A program made the translations under genes and the position numbers. The notes under the pieces are model-generated. The model was given only the letters and a program-made list of their open reading frames with translations, had not been told where the DNA came from and did no database searches. Below, piece by piece: positions 13,275-27,464 of a DNA stretch of 64,000 bases. Source of the stretch: Haliotis cracherodii (taxonomy: Eukaryota); the NCBI RefSeq assembly GCF_022045235.1, contig NW_027266267.1, positions 30,690,001 to 30,754,000 of the forward strand. Reading direction: 5' to 3'. Within the stretch, counting starts at the first letter, position 1; the number at the start of each line of letters is the position of its first letter.

Positions 13275-13520
13275 CTATCGAACATGTGCAATATGTCCGG
13301 CATCACCTGGTTCGGGAATGTACTCATGATGCCCAGAAATGGCATAGTCCATGAGATGACCAGTTCGAGCCTTAAAGTCCCCACCTATAAGGATATATGC
13401 ATCCCCATGTTGTGATTTAAGTTTTGTTTCAGCTTTATCAGGATACTGAATACCTTTCCGCTTTAATATCACGGGTGTCACTCGCAACAGAAGAGAATTC
13501 CGGATGTATGTACACAAATC
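13275..13520 (-). mobile_element. Second LINE APE endonuclease fragment
   Basis: ILIGGDFKARTG (degenerate GDFNARTG motif). Confidence 0.65.
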
Positions 13521-14739
13521 CGAGAATGATAGCCCTGCCTCATCCGATGAAAATTAAATGTAAAGTACTGTATATCAAATATACTTGTGTGATACAATCT
13601 GTAAATACCGGCTCTGTTATTATATGTCCTGTAAATGAAGTTTACTACTTCATATATCTTTTAATAAGCACCAGAGTCACCAACAGACTCACTACTGGAG
13701 ATGTTGTACTCGCTCACCGTATGATAAAAAAACAATCCATCACCAACTTAATGTGTCTCGTTTCTTGCTCTGAAAAGAGAAGGTGGTCCGTTAAAAATAT
13801 CAAACTAAGACTGTCGATAGTCATCTATTCATGACAGGTCGAAACGTTGATGACAGTGTGAATAATGTTATGAGGAACACACGACTATATCTTTTTACTT
13901 GGAATTATTTATAAAAACTATTTTGATATGACATAGCAATGAAGGATTTCTAATTTTGGCGTGACAGTTTTGAGAACAATTTAGTCCGTTAGTCAAGGTA
14001 CTTCATCACTGAGTCAGCATCATGCTGAGAATCACTTCACTCATTTGTTCATAGCATACGCATCAATTACAGACGTAGAGCAGATTCCTACAGCTGGCGG
14101 GGCTTAGTCACTGTATGTTTCTAGGACACATATGTGGTGTTCTTTCCCCTGGAGCCGGAGATGACCCAATTGCACACGAGATGAGATATCAGAATTAATT
14201 AGATTAATGCCAGACTTACACATGTCGCTTAGTCACCTATATGAATCACCTAACGAAGTTGTTTTGTTTAAAGTAGGTAAAACAACCCGCGAACTGAGAA
14301 GGAGTCCCCAGGGAAGGTTTACCAGGCTGCACATGCTAGCTTCTGTTGTTGTATTGATATGGAAGCCTCATAGGATCAGTGGTGACGTCTCTTTTTTCTT
14401 CCTCCCATCTTAGGTCTCAATATAGAGCTATTCTTAGACCCACCATGTCTTTAATATATTTTGACTTTATGATTAAATGTCAAAATTAACAGACATGTCC
14501 GCTTTATTGCAACTTTGTGTATTGATTTAAATCTGAAATCTTTTAATAATTCATCCGTTCCAAGGTCAAACCCCAGCGAAACGTGATCTTGAGGAACATC
14601 AACATGACTGTTCTTGACACATATTTTACACGTCAGGCTTTTCAACTTTGATTTGACCTCAAAATCAAGGTGGAACTGCGGTCGACGATGATTCTAGTCA
14701 GTTTCAGTTTCACGCACGAGTACAATAACAGTAAGGATG

Positions 14740-15058
14740 ATTTATTTATGAAACATCATCATCAAGTGTTTGGTTATTGTTTGATCAAACAGAATCATAC
14801 TTCTCCCAGAATTTTACGGTGAATGTGAAGACTCCACAAGACTGCAGCCTTCTGCATTACCAAGATTGTCAGAAGGGCTGTATTCCTGGTAGCAAACCCG
14901 GGTACTCTCCCAATGTCAGTCAACAGATTGGGAGGTACCAAACCTAAGGCACCAAGAACAATGGCGAGTCGGACAACTTGGTACTTGGGATGCAGGCGTG
15001 ACATTTCGAAAGCGAGGTCTGCATATTTGTCATGTTTTTCCCGAATCTTGTCAATCAC
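14740..15058 (-). mobile_element. 5'-truncated R4/Dong-like (R2 superfamily) retrotransposon, restriction-like endonuclease C-terminus
   Basis: EKHDKYADLAFEMSRL..VVRLAIVLGALGLVP..MQKAAVLWSLHIHRKIL matches the K..KY..L / GALG / QKA..L pattern of R4/Dong elements. Confidence 0.8.
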
Positions 15059-15085
15059 ATTATTATTATTATTATTATTATTATT
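15059..15085. repeat. (ATT)9 microsatellite
   Basis: Directly visible; abuts the R4/Dong-like fragment. Confidence 0.95.
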
Positions 15086-15739
15086 GCTGTTTTGTTGTGT
15101 CATGGTAGAAGGGAAATAAACGTACTGTGTTTTTAGTGTAGAGCTAGGTTACCTGTAGACTAAACTAATTCGAACAGAACGTGCAGCTCTGCATTAAGAC
15201 CACAGTACGCTAATTCTCCTGGTTTAGGGTGAAAATGCTTTCATACGCATAATTATGATCCAGTCATTGACAACTGTTAAATATCAAACCCATCATAGCA
15301 AAATATGTCTATTTGGGTGGCCCTGGCACATTTGTTCAGTAAACAATCCTCTCAAGATATCAACCAAAACAAGTACAATATTTACAGCTAATTAGTTATC
15401 ATGTAAATAAATAAAAAGTACGAGGAGCTTTCCGATCGCCTGAATTACTTACCGGTGACAGGAAAACAGTTGATAGATGCACGTTTACACTATCTCCTCA
15501 TTAAGTCCCACTCATATACGTCAGGGAAAGAAAGCAGGTGACACCAATGGATTCACCCAATGCCCTGGAACTTTCAAAGGTTTGTTTTGAACATATTCTA
15601 TTTACATAAATGGTCAATGGGATTTGGCAAAAGTTATCCTACTCTTATCCATATATACGGACATTGGCTTTAACATATATACATTGCATTAGAAAGTTAC
15701 ATACATTTTATCGTATTTTGTCGATATCCATTAACAAAA

Positions 15740-17100
15740 TCCAACTTGTTTCCAGAAAAATATACAGAGAAGCCATCTGATCCTGAACCTTTTCCATTTT
15801 CGTGTCATAATTTCCTGAAAACATTCGGCAAAAGAGATTTGACTTTTACATGTTTGCATTTTGTCACCTGATAATTTTGCGTCAATATTAACAAACGTTC
15901 TACTTCCCAATTTTCATTGTGGTAACTTCCAAATAGTTTTGTATAAAAAATTATGCTTTCCTTAATTATTTCTTTCCTATCTACTATTTCTGTATTTGTT
16001 TCATCAATTATGTCACACATATATATTAATTTACAAACATATTTTTTTCCAGATTTTTCTCCTTCCTCATATCACTTTGTATTATTTCTGAATATGATAG
16101 CCTCCATTTTAGCCTCTACTTTATTTGTTCTAATATTTTAAGTTCTTTTTTGTTATTAAAAGTTAATGTTTCATCGTCATGTAATATGAGCCATTTTGTT
16201 TTTGATATCATGTATATCTCCTTCCAGTTCCCTTTCTTTTTTCTTTCGTACTTTTGTTGTTTAAATTGAGTGTGAAATAGTTTCACTTCTTATTTTTTTA
16301 TGTAAAAACACTTAAAGAGATATTGGTCATTAATAGAGACGTCCTTGCTGACAAGGTCGTCCCTGTCGCTGGATACACTACATTCATTTATCGTGTCACG
16401 AATAGTATCTTTTAGTGTAATGTGATGTGCCATGTTATAGTGCGGTGTTGATTTTCCAGTCACCAGGACCTCTCTCAGTAGGTTGTAGTGACAATTCAAG
16501 TGATATGTATGAGTGATCAGATTTAACTCATACCTGTGGATTTAACCAATGACATATTATATTCTGACATCAGCAAGTAATTTAATCTACTCCGTTTCAA
16601 CGGTTAAGCTTCCTCCATACGTTTTCTTTCATATCTAGTATTGGCTTATTCGCTAATTGGTTATTTCTGTGTGAGTAGTTGTATGTATCTTAGTTAGAAT
16701 CTTGAAGTGAATTCCAATCACAAGCTGACATTGAAATGCCTGGTTATTGCATTAATTGTGTTTCTAAAGACTTAGAGAAATCATGCTTATCAATATTTGG
16801 TTCATAAATATTTGTAATTTGTAATTGAGAAACGGATTTTCTTCAAAAGTAATATCTAATATAGTATATCGTCCGATATTATCACATATTACGTCATGGA
16901 TGTGATATACTAAATTGTTTTTGAAAAGTATTATCACGCCCGCGCTTTCACTCGTTCTGTATGAAACATCCCTGTTAGTTTTGTTTTGAACCGTGTGTTT
17001 CTTGCTCCTTTTGGATAGAATGAAATGAATATATTCCTTCGTTTATTGTTATCATTTTAGAGACCCCGAACTTTCATTGACAAATTATGAAATCATACTT
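15740..17100 (-). mobile_element. Degenerate L1/Tx1-like LINE, ORF2 N-terminal part
   Basis: LNDNNKRRNIF, EQETH, SAGVIILFKN..DNIGRY, IRSETIS and GKGSGSDGF motifs with many stops. An unrelated ~170-bp segment interrupts it at ~16330-16500. Confidence 0.85.
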
Positions 17101-17559
17101 TGATCTCATCAATTCATACACTTTATTCGTCGAATGAGTCTGATGTAAATGAATGTGTAGAAAGGTTGTGAAGAGATTAAAAGACATAGGATAAAAGATG
17201 GAGGATAGACAGACTAAAACATAAGTGGTAAATATAAAAAGAGGGGAGATAAGTAATCATGAAATAATTAAAGGCCACCAATTGAGCAGAAAGGGTTGGA
17301 ATAAAGTCCCATTAAACGAATAGTAATACAAATCATCATTAATGTCCATAAATCGTATATATTTATACATTATGTCCATATGTCCATATGTATACCCGAC
17401 CATAATAAATACGCACATAAGTGTATCTTGCATTACAATGGGGTCAATAGTCAATAGCATCGTTGGTGGCTAATGTATACAAACCAAGGGAGGTAAGCGT
17501 GCAATTGACTCCATGTATTTAAATGTGGTGCTGATAAATCCTCAATGTTTTTGCTATAT

Positions 17560-17790
17560 ATAGCATTAATACTATTAAGAATTGACAATGGTTGCCAAGT
17601 ATTTATGTCTGTCCCAAAATGTATTTCTAAACTTTACCACATTCAATCAATGGCTTGGCGAATTTGCACTGTTACTTTTGCAACCACCCCAGTTTCAGTT
17701 CTCCAGGTTGAATGGGCAGAAATGCCGCTAGGCCTTTGTCGTGAACTTGTTTCTCAAATATTTTCTCAAACTGAAATGTAAAACCTACTA
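17560..17790 (+). mobile_element. I/Nimb-like LINE fragment
   Basis: KLYHIQSMAWRICTVTFATTPVSVLQVEWAEMPLGLCR resembles the post-RT motif of I-group LINEs. Confidence 0.6.
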
Positions 17791-18013
17791 TACTTCAGCT
17801 ATTAATGTTGTTGATGATTGTGTTGAGTATGTGATGTGCGGCTGGTCACTTCCCTTTCGGTTTGGGCATGGGGTTAACATGGAGTTGTACAGTGCACTCC
17901 AGTTGATTCCTCTTCACCCCCAGATACTGCTCCTTGACTGCTTCTGAGTCCAGGCCTTTGTCATGATCTGAATTCAACCATTAACAAAAGAATGAGTCCA
18001 ATGAGATGAATTT

Positions 18014-18990
18014 TTGGATATTAACACGACGACAAAAGCAGTTTCACAGGCAGCGAGTAGAGCCCTGGGCCTTATTATTGCTAAGAGTAAAGCCCTAGGT
18101 GGTCTCCCCTACAATGCGTATTCCAAACTATATGATGCAATTGTGCTACCTGCGATTACGTATGGTGCATCAGTTTGGGCAACTCGAGAATTTTCTACAA
18201 AAAAGATTCAAAACAGAGCGTGTAGACACTCCATTGGGGTCGGAATATATACTACTACTGATGCAGTACAGGGGGAGATGGGATGGACCCCTATGTGTGT
18301 CAATCAGTGGAGTGCCGTGTTACGTCAGTGGAGAAGATTGGTGAACATGAATGTGGATAGATTGATAAGAAGAATATTCATTTTACTTGACAATTACCGA
18401 GTATCAAGACTTAAGATATGGAACTACAGAATTTACAAGTTCTTTGAAAACCAAGGGTCGAGGAATTTCTACAACGTTGAAACTTTTATATCCAAGAATA
18501 TGATCGATAGTGGTATTAATGCATATGAACAGAAAATATCGGAAGCATGGAGAGACGACAGAAAATTGAGAACTTATCGTCTTTTCAAACATGATTAGTG
18601 CATGGAACCTTATATACTCAAGTTAACATGCCCAAACACTTATATACTCAAGTTAACATGCCCAAACACTTCAGGAGTGCATTAAGTAAATTTCGCTGTG
18701 GTGAAATATGTATTGAAACGGGCCAATATGAAGGACTGTCCATTCAACAACGGTTATGCCCCTTTTGTTACAACTGCATCGAATATGAGACACATGTCCT
18801 TTTACATTGTGCAGTATATTCAGACCTGAGGTACAAGCTAGAGCAGAGTGCAACGCTACTATTACCACAATACAACTCTCTGTCTGATATTGATAAGATG
18901 TGTGTTTTACTGTAATTTAACTAGCTTAGTTTTAATTTCGGCCAAAACCTTGTGATTAATCTTAACCCGGCGAAGAGGGCTTTTATATTC
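18014..18990 (+). mobile_element. RTE-X-like LINE 3' portion
   Basis: KLYDAIVLPAITYGASVW, DAVQGEMGW, KLRTYRLFK, ALSKFRCG.ICIETGQY..QRLCPFC..ETHVLLHC. A 30-bp duplication gives LYTQVNMPKH twice. Confidence 0.9.
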
Positions 18991-20326
18991 CTGAGTTTAT
19001 TATGTATTTCTATTTTATTTCAGGGAATGCTGTTTTAAATATATTATGTATAACCTGTTTTATATATGGTCTCTCGCAATTGTTTAGAATGGCTTGTGTA
19101 CTTTGATAATAGATGTATATTATTTTATGTATGTAAAAAACAAAGAGGACAATTCGTCGACGAAAGAAATTTGAGGAAGTCATAATTACTTCATAAAGAC
19201 TTCGTCTTGGACGCTGTGGGTTAAATGCCTTCCGCAGATCATTGACCAAGAGGTCTCCCCTGTTATGTATGTACTCACTGTGCGGAAAATACTCCCGAGA
19301 CAGTGAAGCAGACCCAATCATATCAGATTAAATTTAAGAAGAGCAGTACTTGGGAGAGACAGCTAACCTACTCTGATTACACTTTGCGGCCCAAACACAT
19401 TTAATGGTTCAATTCAGCGGGCAATATCGGACTTCGTGACTGCCCCAAGAAAATTTGATTTAGTGTAGAAATGTAAGATATGCATACATTGTATATTGCC
19501 TTAAGTTATTAGTTTTCCTTTTTTCTGTCTGATCTACTTTTTGATGGAATGAGTTCTTACTTCATCAGAAATGAAAGAGTGATTACTTGTTGTTTTACTG
19601 TATAAACTAGTTCGAGAATCATCCCATGTCCATCACTCACATTGCTCTTGTTAACAGACGTTTGCTGTGTCGGGCGCAGATACACCTTAAATGGTCCAAG
19701 TCGCCCTTACCACACCATGCCAAGTGATCTTTATGATATATTACGGCGCTTCAACTGTTACAGTTACTGATTCAACTGTACAAATATGTATGCATTCTGA
19801 TTACAAGGCGTCATCGGGACAACTAAATACATCTATACAATGAAGCACTCACAAACACCTCGTGTAACTAGAGTTGTCCCCCTTACACCTTCCCCGCGGC
19901 GGAGAGCGAGAGAGAGAGATGCCATGATTCACAATTTCCACGTGCACGTTCATGCAAGGCGCATAATAATCACACATGCACATGTGAACAGCACACAATC
20001 ATTGTTTAGCTATCAGGTGCTCATAACAAAACATTTTTGTTTAACCGTAAATAACGCAATGCAAGGCTTGCTGAAAGTCAACCTTTACGCACTGTGACTA
20101 TGTTGCAAACAGGAATGGTGCAAAACGAAATTGACAGACATTTTTAATGTTCATCGAAACACCATAACATCTCTTTGAAACCATGCTTAACCTTGCACAC
20201 AATTATATGTACACATACACTAATATATACTTATACGTATACAATGATACATTATGATACACATACAATTATACATTATACTACAGAACTTCTCACACTT
20301 CGATCAATGAAATTACTTGATATGGA

Positions 20327-20388
20327 GCGCCGTGATATAGCTGGAACATCACTCACTCCCTTACTCACTCACTCACTCACTCACTCAC
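20327..20388 (+). mobile_element. SINE tail remnant with (ACTC)n
   Basis: cgccgtgatatagctggaa followed by an (actc)n tract. Confidence 0.6.
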
Positions 20389-21243
20389 GTGGAAATATAT
20401 CAAGGGTGCAACAATTATGTATTTCATGTAAAATATCATTCTGGATTTTGCAGTAAGGACTCGTTCTGAAGATACTCGATATAATAAATCAATCAGTCTG
20501 TGAAACAACCATAATTTGTTCACAATGATCGACGTATTTTCAAATTTAGCAACAATTTGCCGACAGGATTTCCGCTTCACATATTCCCTGTAGGTGCACA
20601 CAGAGAGGCTAGGTGGCCATTATACTAAGTGTTCCGCCAGCTTTTCAACAGAGAACATCTGTAAACCGCTCCTCTATCGATATACACAGCTGACAGCACG
20701 AGATGGATATTGAGTTAGGTTTAGGCGATTATCTGCTGCGGGGTGAGCATTGGGTGGGGGTCAACGGACCTCAAATCTCAGTACCTATAAAGCTCACACG
20801 GCGGCGTACTGGAAAAAGACTTTACATTTGTATATATTATCATAATGACATTAGCAAAGAACGGCGAAACAAAATTTGTTTATTAGAATTTAATTGCTAC
20901 TTCAATATGAAAACGGCTGTTTTCGTTACATATCAGTGGTAATTTCACATTATATAATAATGATTGGTAAAGGTTGTGGTCCCAATGTACCGCCCTGTCG
21001 ACTTTCATGCAGCATTTCAGTCAATAATGCTTCTCACACCCTCTAGCATTTCTTTACTTTAAGCAGGTTTGTGACTTAGCATTTCTCATCGTTTAAATCT
21101 GTTATGCCTTTGTTAAATTAGAACTACGCCGAACCCCAATGACTGATTGTTAATATAAATGCAATATAGACACAATCTTTATTTACATTCTATATTTGTA
21201 TATCTATAGGTTTCAGCAACAATTTTGAAATTGCTACACCTTA

Positions 21244-21412
21244 GGGGCGGTCGGGTAGCCTCGTGGTTAAAGCGTTCGCCCGTCACGCCGAAGACCCGGG
21301 TTCGATTCCCGACATGGGTACAATGTGTGAAGCCCATTTCTGGTGTCCCCCGCCGTGATATTGCTGGAATATTGCTAAAAGCGGCGTAAAACCAAACTCA
21401 TTCACTCATTCA
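21244..21412 (+). mobile_element. Full-length tRNA-derived SINE (Asp-like head) with 10-bp TSD
   Basis: A-box tagcctcgtgg, GTC at the anticodon position, B-box ggttcgattcc, conserved tail. TSD ctacacctta at 21234-21243 and 21413-21422. Confidence 0.92.
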
Positions 21413-21929
21413 CTACACCTTAATCTGAAAATTCAGGTCCAGATTTCAGGTTATGATTATAGCCGAATTTGTTTTAGATATAAATTTTGTTTATTATTAA
21501 ACAAGTATAGCTTGTATTAACTTGATTGATTATTTGTGTGTACAATTTAATATATATGTTTGGTTAGTTTGTCATGGTATAAATATATGTGGCGGAGAGT
21601 CCTAATAATTACTCTGTTATTACCTCCCCTTATCAAACAGCTATTACCTACACTGGTGCAAAAAGCTTACATTATCATAGAAACTATTCTACATTTATCT
21701 GGTTTAATGAAAAACAAAAAAGGTTTTTCGATCTAATGCTACGGTTCCCACATATGTTCGTGTCTATAGCAACCAGCAAAGCCAAGTTCCGTAAACGTCC
21801 TTAATAGTTATGGGTGATGCGATTGAAGTAATATCTCAAAATTGTAGGGACATCAATGACAAAACAAAACGCAGGGACATGTTTACTTTAAAAAGAAAAA
21901 AAACTAGCCATGAATTACTGTCTTCAAGG

Positions 21930-24900
21930 CGTACACTTTACTTGTGAAATGGAACAAGGACATCGAGAAGAAATGGGGAAATATGCACTGCTTCTTTAGT
22001 TCGTACCGAAGTAACTGTAGACGCGTTGAAATAATATTTTCTAAAACTGTACCGGCAGTAATGATATATCACAAGCTCAAGGTAACCTACTTACTCTAGA
22101 ACTGACTATACACGAATTTAAACTTGCAATAGTCACCATGTAGTCACCCAAAAAGGATAACCATGAATTCTACGAAAAGCTTGATGGCTTAATTGGATCC
22201 CTTAATAGCTCTATGCGGTGATTGGAATATCATACGAAACTACTTTTGATACATACAATTACAAAATCGTTAATAATCCTGGACCATGGGAACGAATCCT
22301 AAAGGGGATCTTGACCTCATTGACCCTTACGGAGAAAGAAATCCAATTGTAAAAAGATACACTTGGCGACAACCTCTTAAACAAGCACGTCTTGATTATT
22401 GCCTAGTTTCTCACATGATCCCCATCTAATTAATGTTAAAGCAGAAATTGAACTCAATCTTAAATCTGAGCATTGTCCAATATCAATAAATTTTAAACTA
22501 TCTGACTAACTAAATTAAACAATTTGCTTTTAAAAGATATAATATGCAATCCTAGTAATATGTGTTATTAAAGAAACAACTGACCAATGTCGAAAAAATA
22601 ATAAAGAACGTATTGATAAGGGGGGAAAATATTCAATACTCATCACTCCAAAAAAAGGACCGTGAAAATTAGACAAAAAGATATACAAAATGACGTAAAG
22701 TTAGATGAAGCAGACCGAGACGAAACCAAAAAAAGACATTTTAATGGAAATTCATCCTATAAATAAAGTGTTGGAGGTTATTTTTAAATATAAAAACTCA
22801 ACGTTTAGTGGTACTTTCCAAAGCCAGTCGGAAAGAAATTGGAGATAAACCACGTAAATACTTTCTGGGACAAGAGTCGAGAAATTACCTTAATAAATCG
22901 ATAAGCCTAAAAGAAGATTCTATGGGAAGGATAATTGATAAACAGGATGACATACTAGAAGACGTTCAAAGATACTATAAATCGCTGTGGACACTTGGCA
23001 TGAAACTAGTACAATGAACTTAAGTATGTTTTTAGGTACTTTCCAACCTCGTACCCCCAAAAAATGAATAAATATCATCTGTAAATCCATATGGGCTTGG
23101 AATCTTATCATTCTTTAGATTTTTCACCGCCGCTAAAACTTCATCTTACGTTAACTTACCGTCCACCTGTTGCGAACGTATAAAAAGAAGTGTACCTTAT
23201 ACGATCGTTAAACTATGCCTTCAGGACAGGTCACCTTTCTTAAGTGGTTTACAGTTATGCATACTGATAAATGGATTTGGTACATCATTCTTTTTAAATA
23301 TCTTGAGGTCAGGGAGATCCCTTCTCTCCATACATATTTTTGGGGCGGTGGGGGTGGCCTAGTGGTTAAAGCGTTCGCTCGATGATACCACCTGTGTTCT
23401 TGATGGCTCCGAAAAATGCCCCTACGCAGTAATGCAGATCCTTATTTTTTTACACGCTTCTCCGGATTAAAAATTAACATTGACAAAACGAGAATAATAT
23501 AGACAGGTTTAGAAAAGATCAAACATGAAGTTATGTTCACAATGGAAACTAAATTGGAGCCAAGAACCATTTGAACTGTTAGGTGCGCAATTCCACACAG
23601 ACCCCAAGACATGATCGATACCAAGTATAAAACTAAATGTAAAGAGAGTGAAGATAAATGACAATATGGTCAATCACAAATCTAACATACCGGGCCCTGG
23701 AAGGAAATACAGTGTTCTAGTCTTTGTTTCTACTAAAACTCAGTCATTTGTAGTGAGCATTTCCTGACGCCCCTGACTGTGTTATAGTTCAGTTTCAAAA
23801 ACGATGCTTCAGGTTCACTGGGAGAAACAAACCAGATAAAATAAAAGGAAGTTTTATTGTATGTGAAAATAATAATAACATGCCAACAGATATAAGAAAT
23901 AATGCAATCTCAAAAGGCATCCACGATAAGCAGGGCATTTGGCAATTTTTTTCAAAATGGTCGCACTTATATAAATATACCAAGTATCAATGACGTCAGT
24001 GCCCTCGAAATGAATAACTGCGATTTGGCGCAGATCAGTAGTAAATGCTATGAGAACGTGCTCTATGCGTGGTGGAATGTGTCTAAAAAACATAAAGGAC
24101 AAAGAAAATTGCTAATTTGTTTTTCTTTCATATGGAATTTGGTATAACGATAACATTAAAATAGATAAGACATGAATCCTCTATAAGGATTGGAAAGAAA
24201 AATGTCTAAACTATATCAGTGACATTACTGATGAAATGTGACTTTTTCTTTCGTTTGAAAAATTCAAAGAAAGCTTTCAAATAAAAACACACTTTGAGTA
24301 TGTATACTGTGTACTGAACTCTGTAAAATATTACTACCGTATAATGGGCATAAAGAGTTTCCCAAAGCAAATGGAATACCTAATTCTACCTTTTAACATG
24401 TTTCATCTACTAAAAATACTCAAGGGAAGTCAACGTTACTACTCAACCTTAATACAAAACAATTGTGCCAAAAATCAACACTTTGATAAATTGGAAAGTC
24501 TACTGGAAATTAAAGATAAACTTAACCACAACCTAATACCTTTTAGATGTGGAGCCAACACGAAACACTTGTGGTTTCAATATCAAATAATGCATCTTAT
24601 TTAAACAACAAACAATAAATTGCACAAGATGGGATTCGTAGACAACAACTTATATTGCTTTTGTTCAGATTTCAAAGAAACTATTGAACACATATTTCTA
24701 ACCCTCTTGATATTAGATAAGATACGGGTCAAAATTAAAATTACTAATGACGTCGTCTTAATATGTTATCCAGCACAGAACTACACCCCAATAAATGTCA
24801 TAATTATTGTATCAAAGTACATGATTTTTCTATATAAAAGCGCCTACATTTACACAACAGTACTACACCACCAAATACAATGCATCAATATATGCTGGCA
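21930..24900 (+). mobile_element. Degenerate L1/Tx1-like LINE ORF2, internally deleted
   Basis: KRYTWRQPLKQARLDYCLVS, GDKPRKYFLGQESRNY, SGLKINIDKT, WFQYQIMH, LHKMGFVDNNLYCFCSDFKETIEHIF; many stops and frameshifts. Confidence 0.85.
23342..23380 (+). mobile_element. SINE head fragment inside the LINE
   Basis: ggggcggtgggggtggcctagtggttaaagcgttcgctcg matches the 5' end of the SINE at 21244. Confidence 0.65.
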
Positions 24901-25509
24901 AGAACATCTTTAAGAAATTTTGGTCAAATTATCACTTCATTGTTTAGTTGATAACTACTGAGTTTTGTGTACTTTAAATACATATCACTGTCTATTGTGT
25001 TTAGATATAGAATCATGGCATGTTCATTTGTAATAGGCCACATGAAAAAAAATAATAATTGTTTTAAAATCTGATTAAATCTTAATAGACGGATATATCG
25101 CTCTGTAATGACAAGTAACTGTATCAATTCACATTTTCATTCACGGTAATTGTCCATGTAGATTTCATAGGTATAACACGGTGCACAATGTACTGATTCA
25201 AGTCATCAAATAACTCATATTTCTGTACAAGTCTCAACCTATTTAAAAGATAGGGGAGATTTAAAAACATACCTGTCAATAACTCTTCTTAATTGACAGG
25301 AATACACAAACATAAAGATCTTTCTACATTTAGCATGGTCCAATATTATTCACAGAGTAAACATTTTGAAACATCCTTAATTGATGAGTAGCATGATTGT
25401 TTTCGATTATTAGACAACGTCTTGGCATAACCAAGCGTACCTAAACCATATCGATAGTTCTTACAGTTGATGCCCAAGTTGGGATCTTAACATTAAATGA
25501 CATTGATTC

Positions 25510-25985
25510 GCTATAGTTGTGTCCTTTTCGTGTTGTGCGTGCTGCAAAGGTAGGTCGTTGATGCATTGGAGTTGTATTCTTCTTGTGTTTTGCGTGATGC
25601 CCAAATAGGTCGTTGATACATTGTAGTTGTATTATTCTCATGATGTGCTTACTGCATAAGTAGGTCGTTGTAGTTGTATTCTGCTCGTGTTGTGCGTGAT
25701 GCGCATGTAGGTCGTTGATACATTGTAGATGTTTTCTTCTAATGTTGTGTGTGATGAGCATATTGGTCGTTGATACACTGTAGTTGTTTTCTTCTCGTTT
25801 TGGGCGTGCTGCATAAGTAGGTCGTTGATGCATTGGAGTTGTATTCATTTCGTGTTGAGCGTGATGCGCATGTATGTCGTTGATACATTGTAGTTGTATT
25901 TTTCTCGTGTTGTGTGTGATGCGCATATAGGTCGTTAATGCACTGTAGCTGTATTCTTCTGGTGCAATTATTGGTATAGGTCGTT
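25510..25985. repeat. Diverged ~55-bp minisatellite, ~9 units
   Basis: aggtcgttg recurs at 25552, 25607, 25662 and onward. Confidence 0.85.
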
Positions 25986-27464
25986 GGTAAATATCATATT
26001 TGCCTTCTCTCCTTCACTACAGATAATTACTCATTTTACTCACTTTAGGGTTGTCCGTTATATCGCCGATGATTTCGATAAACGTTTTCCTTGCCTATAT
26101 GGAGAAGGTGAGTCGTGGTTTCGGGAGGTCACAGCTTGTGAAAGATGTGTTCTGGATGCATAAAACTATATTCGATAAGTTGAATGTGCTTTCAGCGTCG
26201 AGCTTTACATCCATTTTTATTCGTGTGCAATTTGTCAACGTTTCAATTGAATGATTAGTTACTGTATGTAATTTATAGATTTGATATTTTGAACATCTTT
26301 CTTCCAGAATTTGCAAATATGTATGCTTTCATGTAAGTATGAAGTGGCAGCTTCGGGTAACGAGATGAGGGGAACAAATAAACGTCCTTCTAATCTGAAG
26401 GGGACTTAATAGGCGAACACCAAGCATTCACTTTAACAACTTACACGCACTGAACACAACGGTGTGTCTTGTCAGGCAGACATCTGGAGCCTCACGTGTG
26501 ACACATGGCGTGATGTATAACGGTGTCTCCATATTTACGCTTCCCTGTGCAATGACGAATAATTCCTTGACGTGAACTGGCCACGAAGCGCAGGTGACAA
26601 GAACAGCAGTTATAACCACCTGTTATCTCCCTGTCTACCATTTGTTTCTCATTATATAAATGTCAGCGATTTGCAAAGCATCATCCTTATACCTTCATTT
26701 CCAAGTTCCACATGTTGTTGTGGCAGGCCGACACTACATAGTGACACTGCCTTATTGTTAGCACATGGCACATATTCTGAAGCAAACCGTTAGTTAAACA
26801 TTTTCTGAAGTTTGACAGGTTTGTGCACTCCTTGTCAGCCACGGCCTGTAGGGTGAACAATTAACATTCAACGATGCATGTCGTCACTATCGCCTCTGTA
26901 GAGGAAACGCGAAAGATGGGCATTTCTGATCAGTTGGCCATGACGACATGAACCGCAATATACGACGACACAATTATACATGTCAACGGTCAGACCAGAA
27001 ATGGCGTGTCCAAATACAATACGCGTAGACCACGTTTGTGTACATGTGTTGGTGCAAACGTGTAGTGGACCGAGGTACAGCTGACACAACATTTTCCAGT
27101 GCGAGTGTATGTGCAGTGAGAATTTGCATTACCAGCCTAGTGTTGGGTTGTTTTAATCAGCAGAAGTACTATATTTTTTTAGAAGTGGGGTGTTCAACAA
27201 GCGGATAGTCGTGGAAGAGATGCAACTGTTCAGCCCAAGACGAAAATGTGTGTTCGTTTTTAGATTTATTTTATTTTTTATTTTACTGGGGTTTCAGCAT
27301 GATAAATAAAACCAAACCTGTAAGATTATGAAGAGGCGCACAGACTTCATCAAAATACACCGTGCTGCATGCACTCACTGACACATAACTGACATGCAGT
27401 CATCTACAAAAATATTACGTACTCTACATCGTGACAGAAACAGTAATCCAAAGCATATTACAAA

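Noticed and set aside
21244-21316. tRNA-Asp gene
   Set aside because: The acceptor stem is not formed; it continues into a SINE body and tail and is bounded by a TSD.
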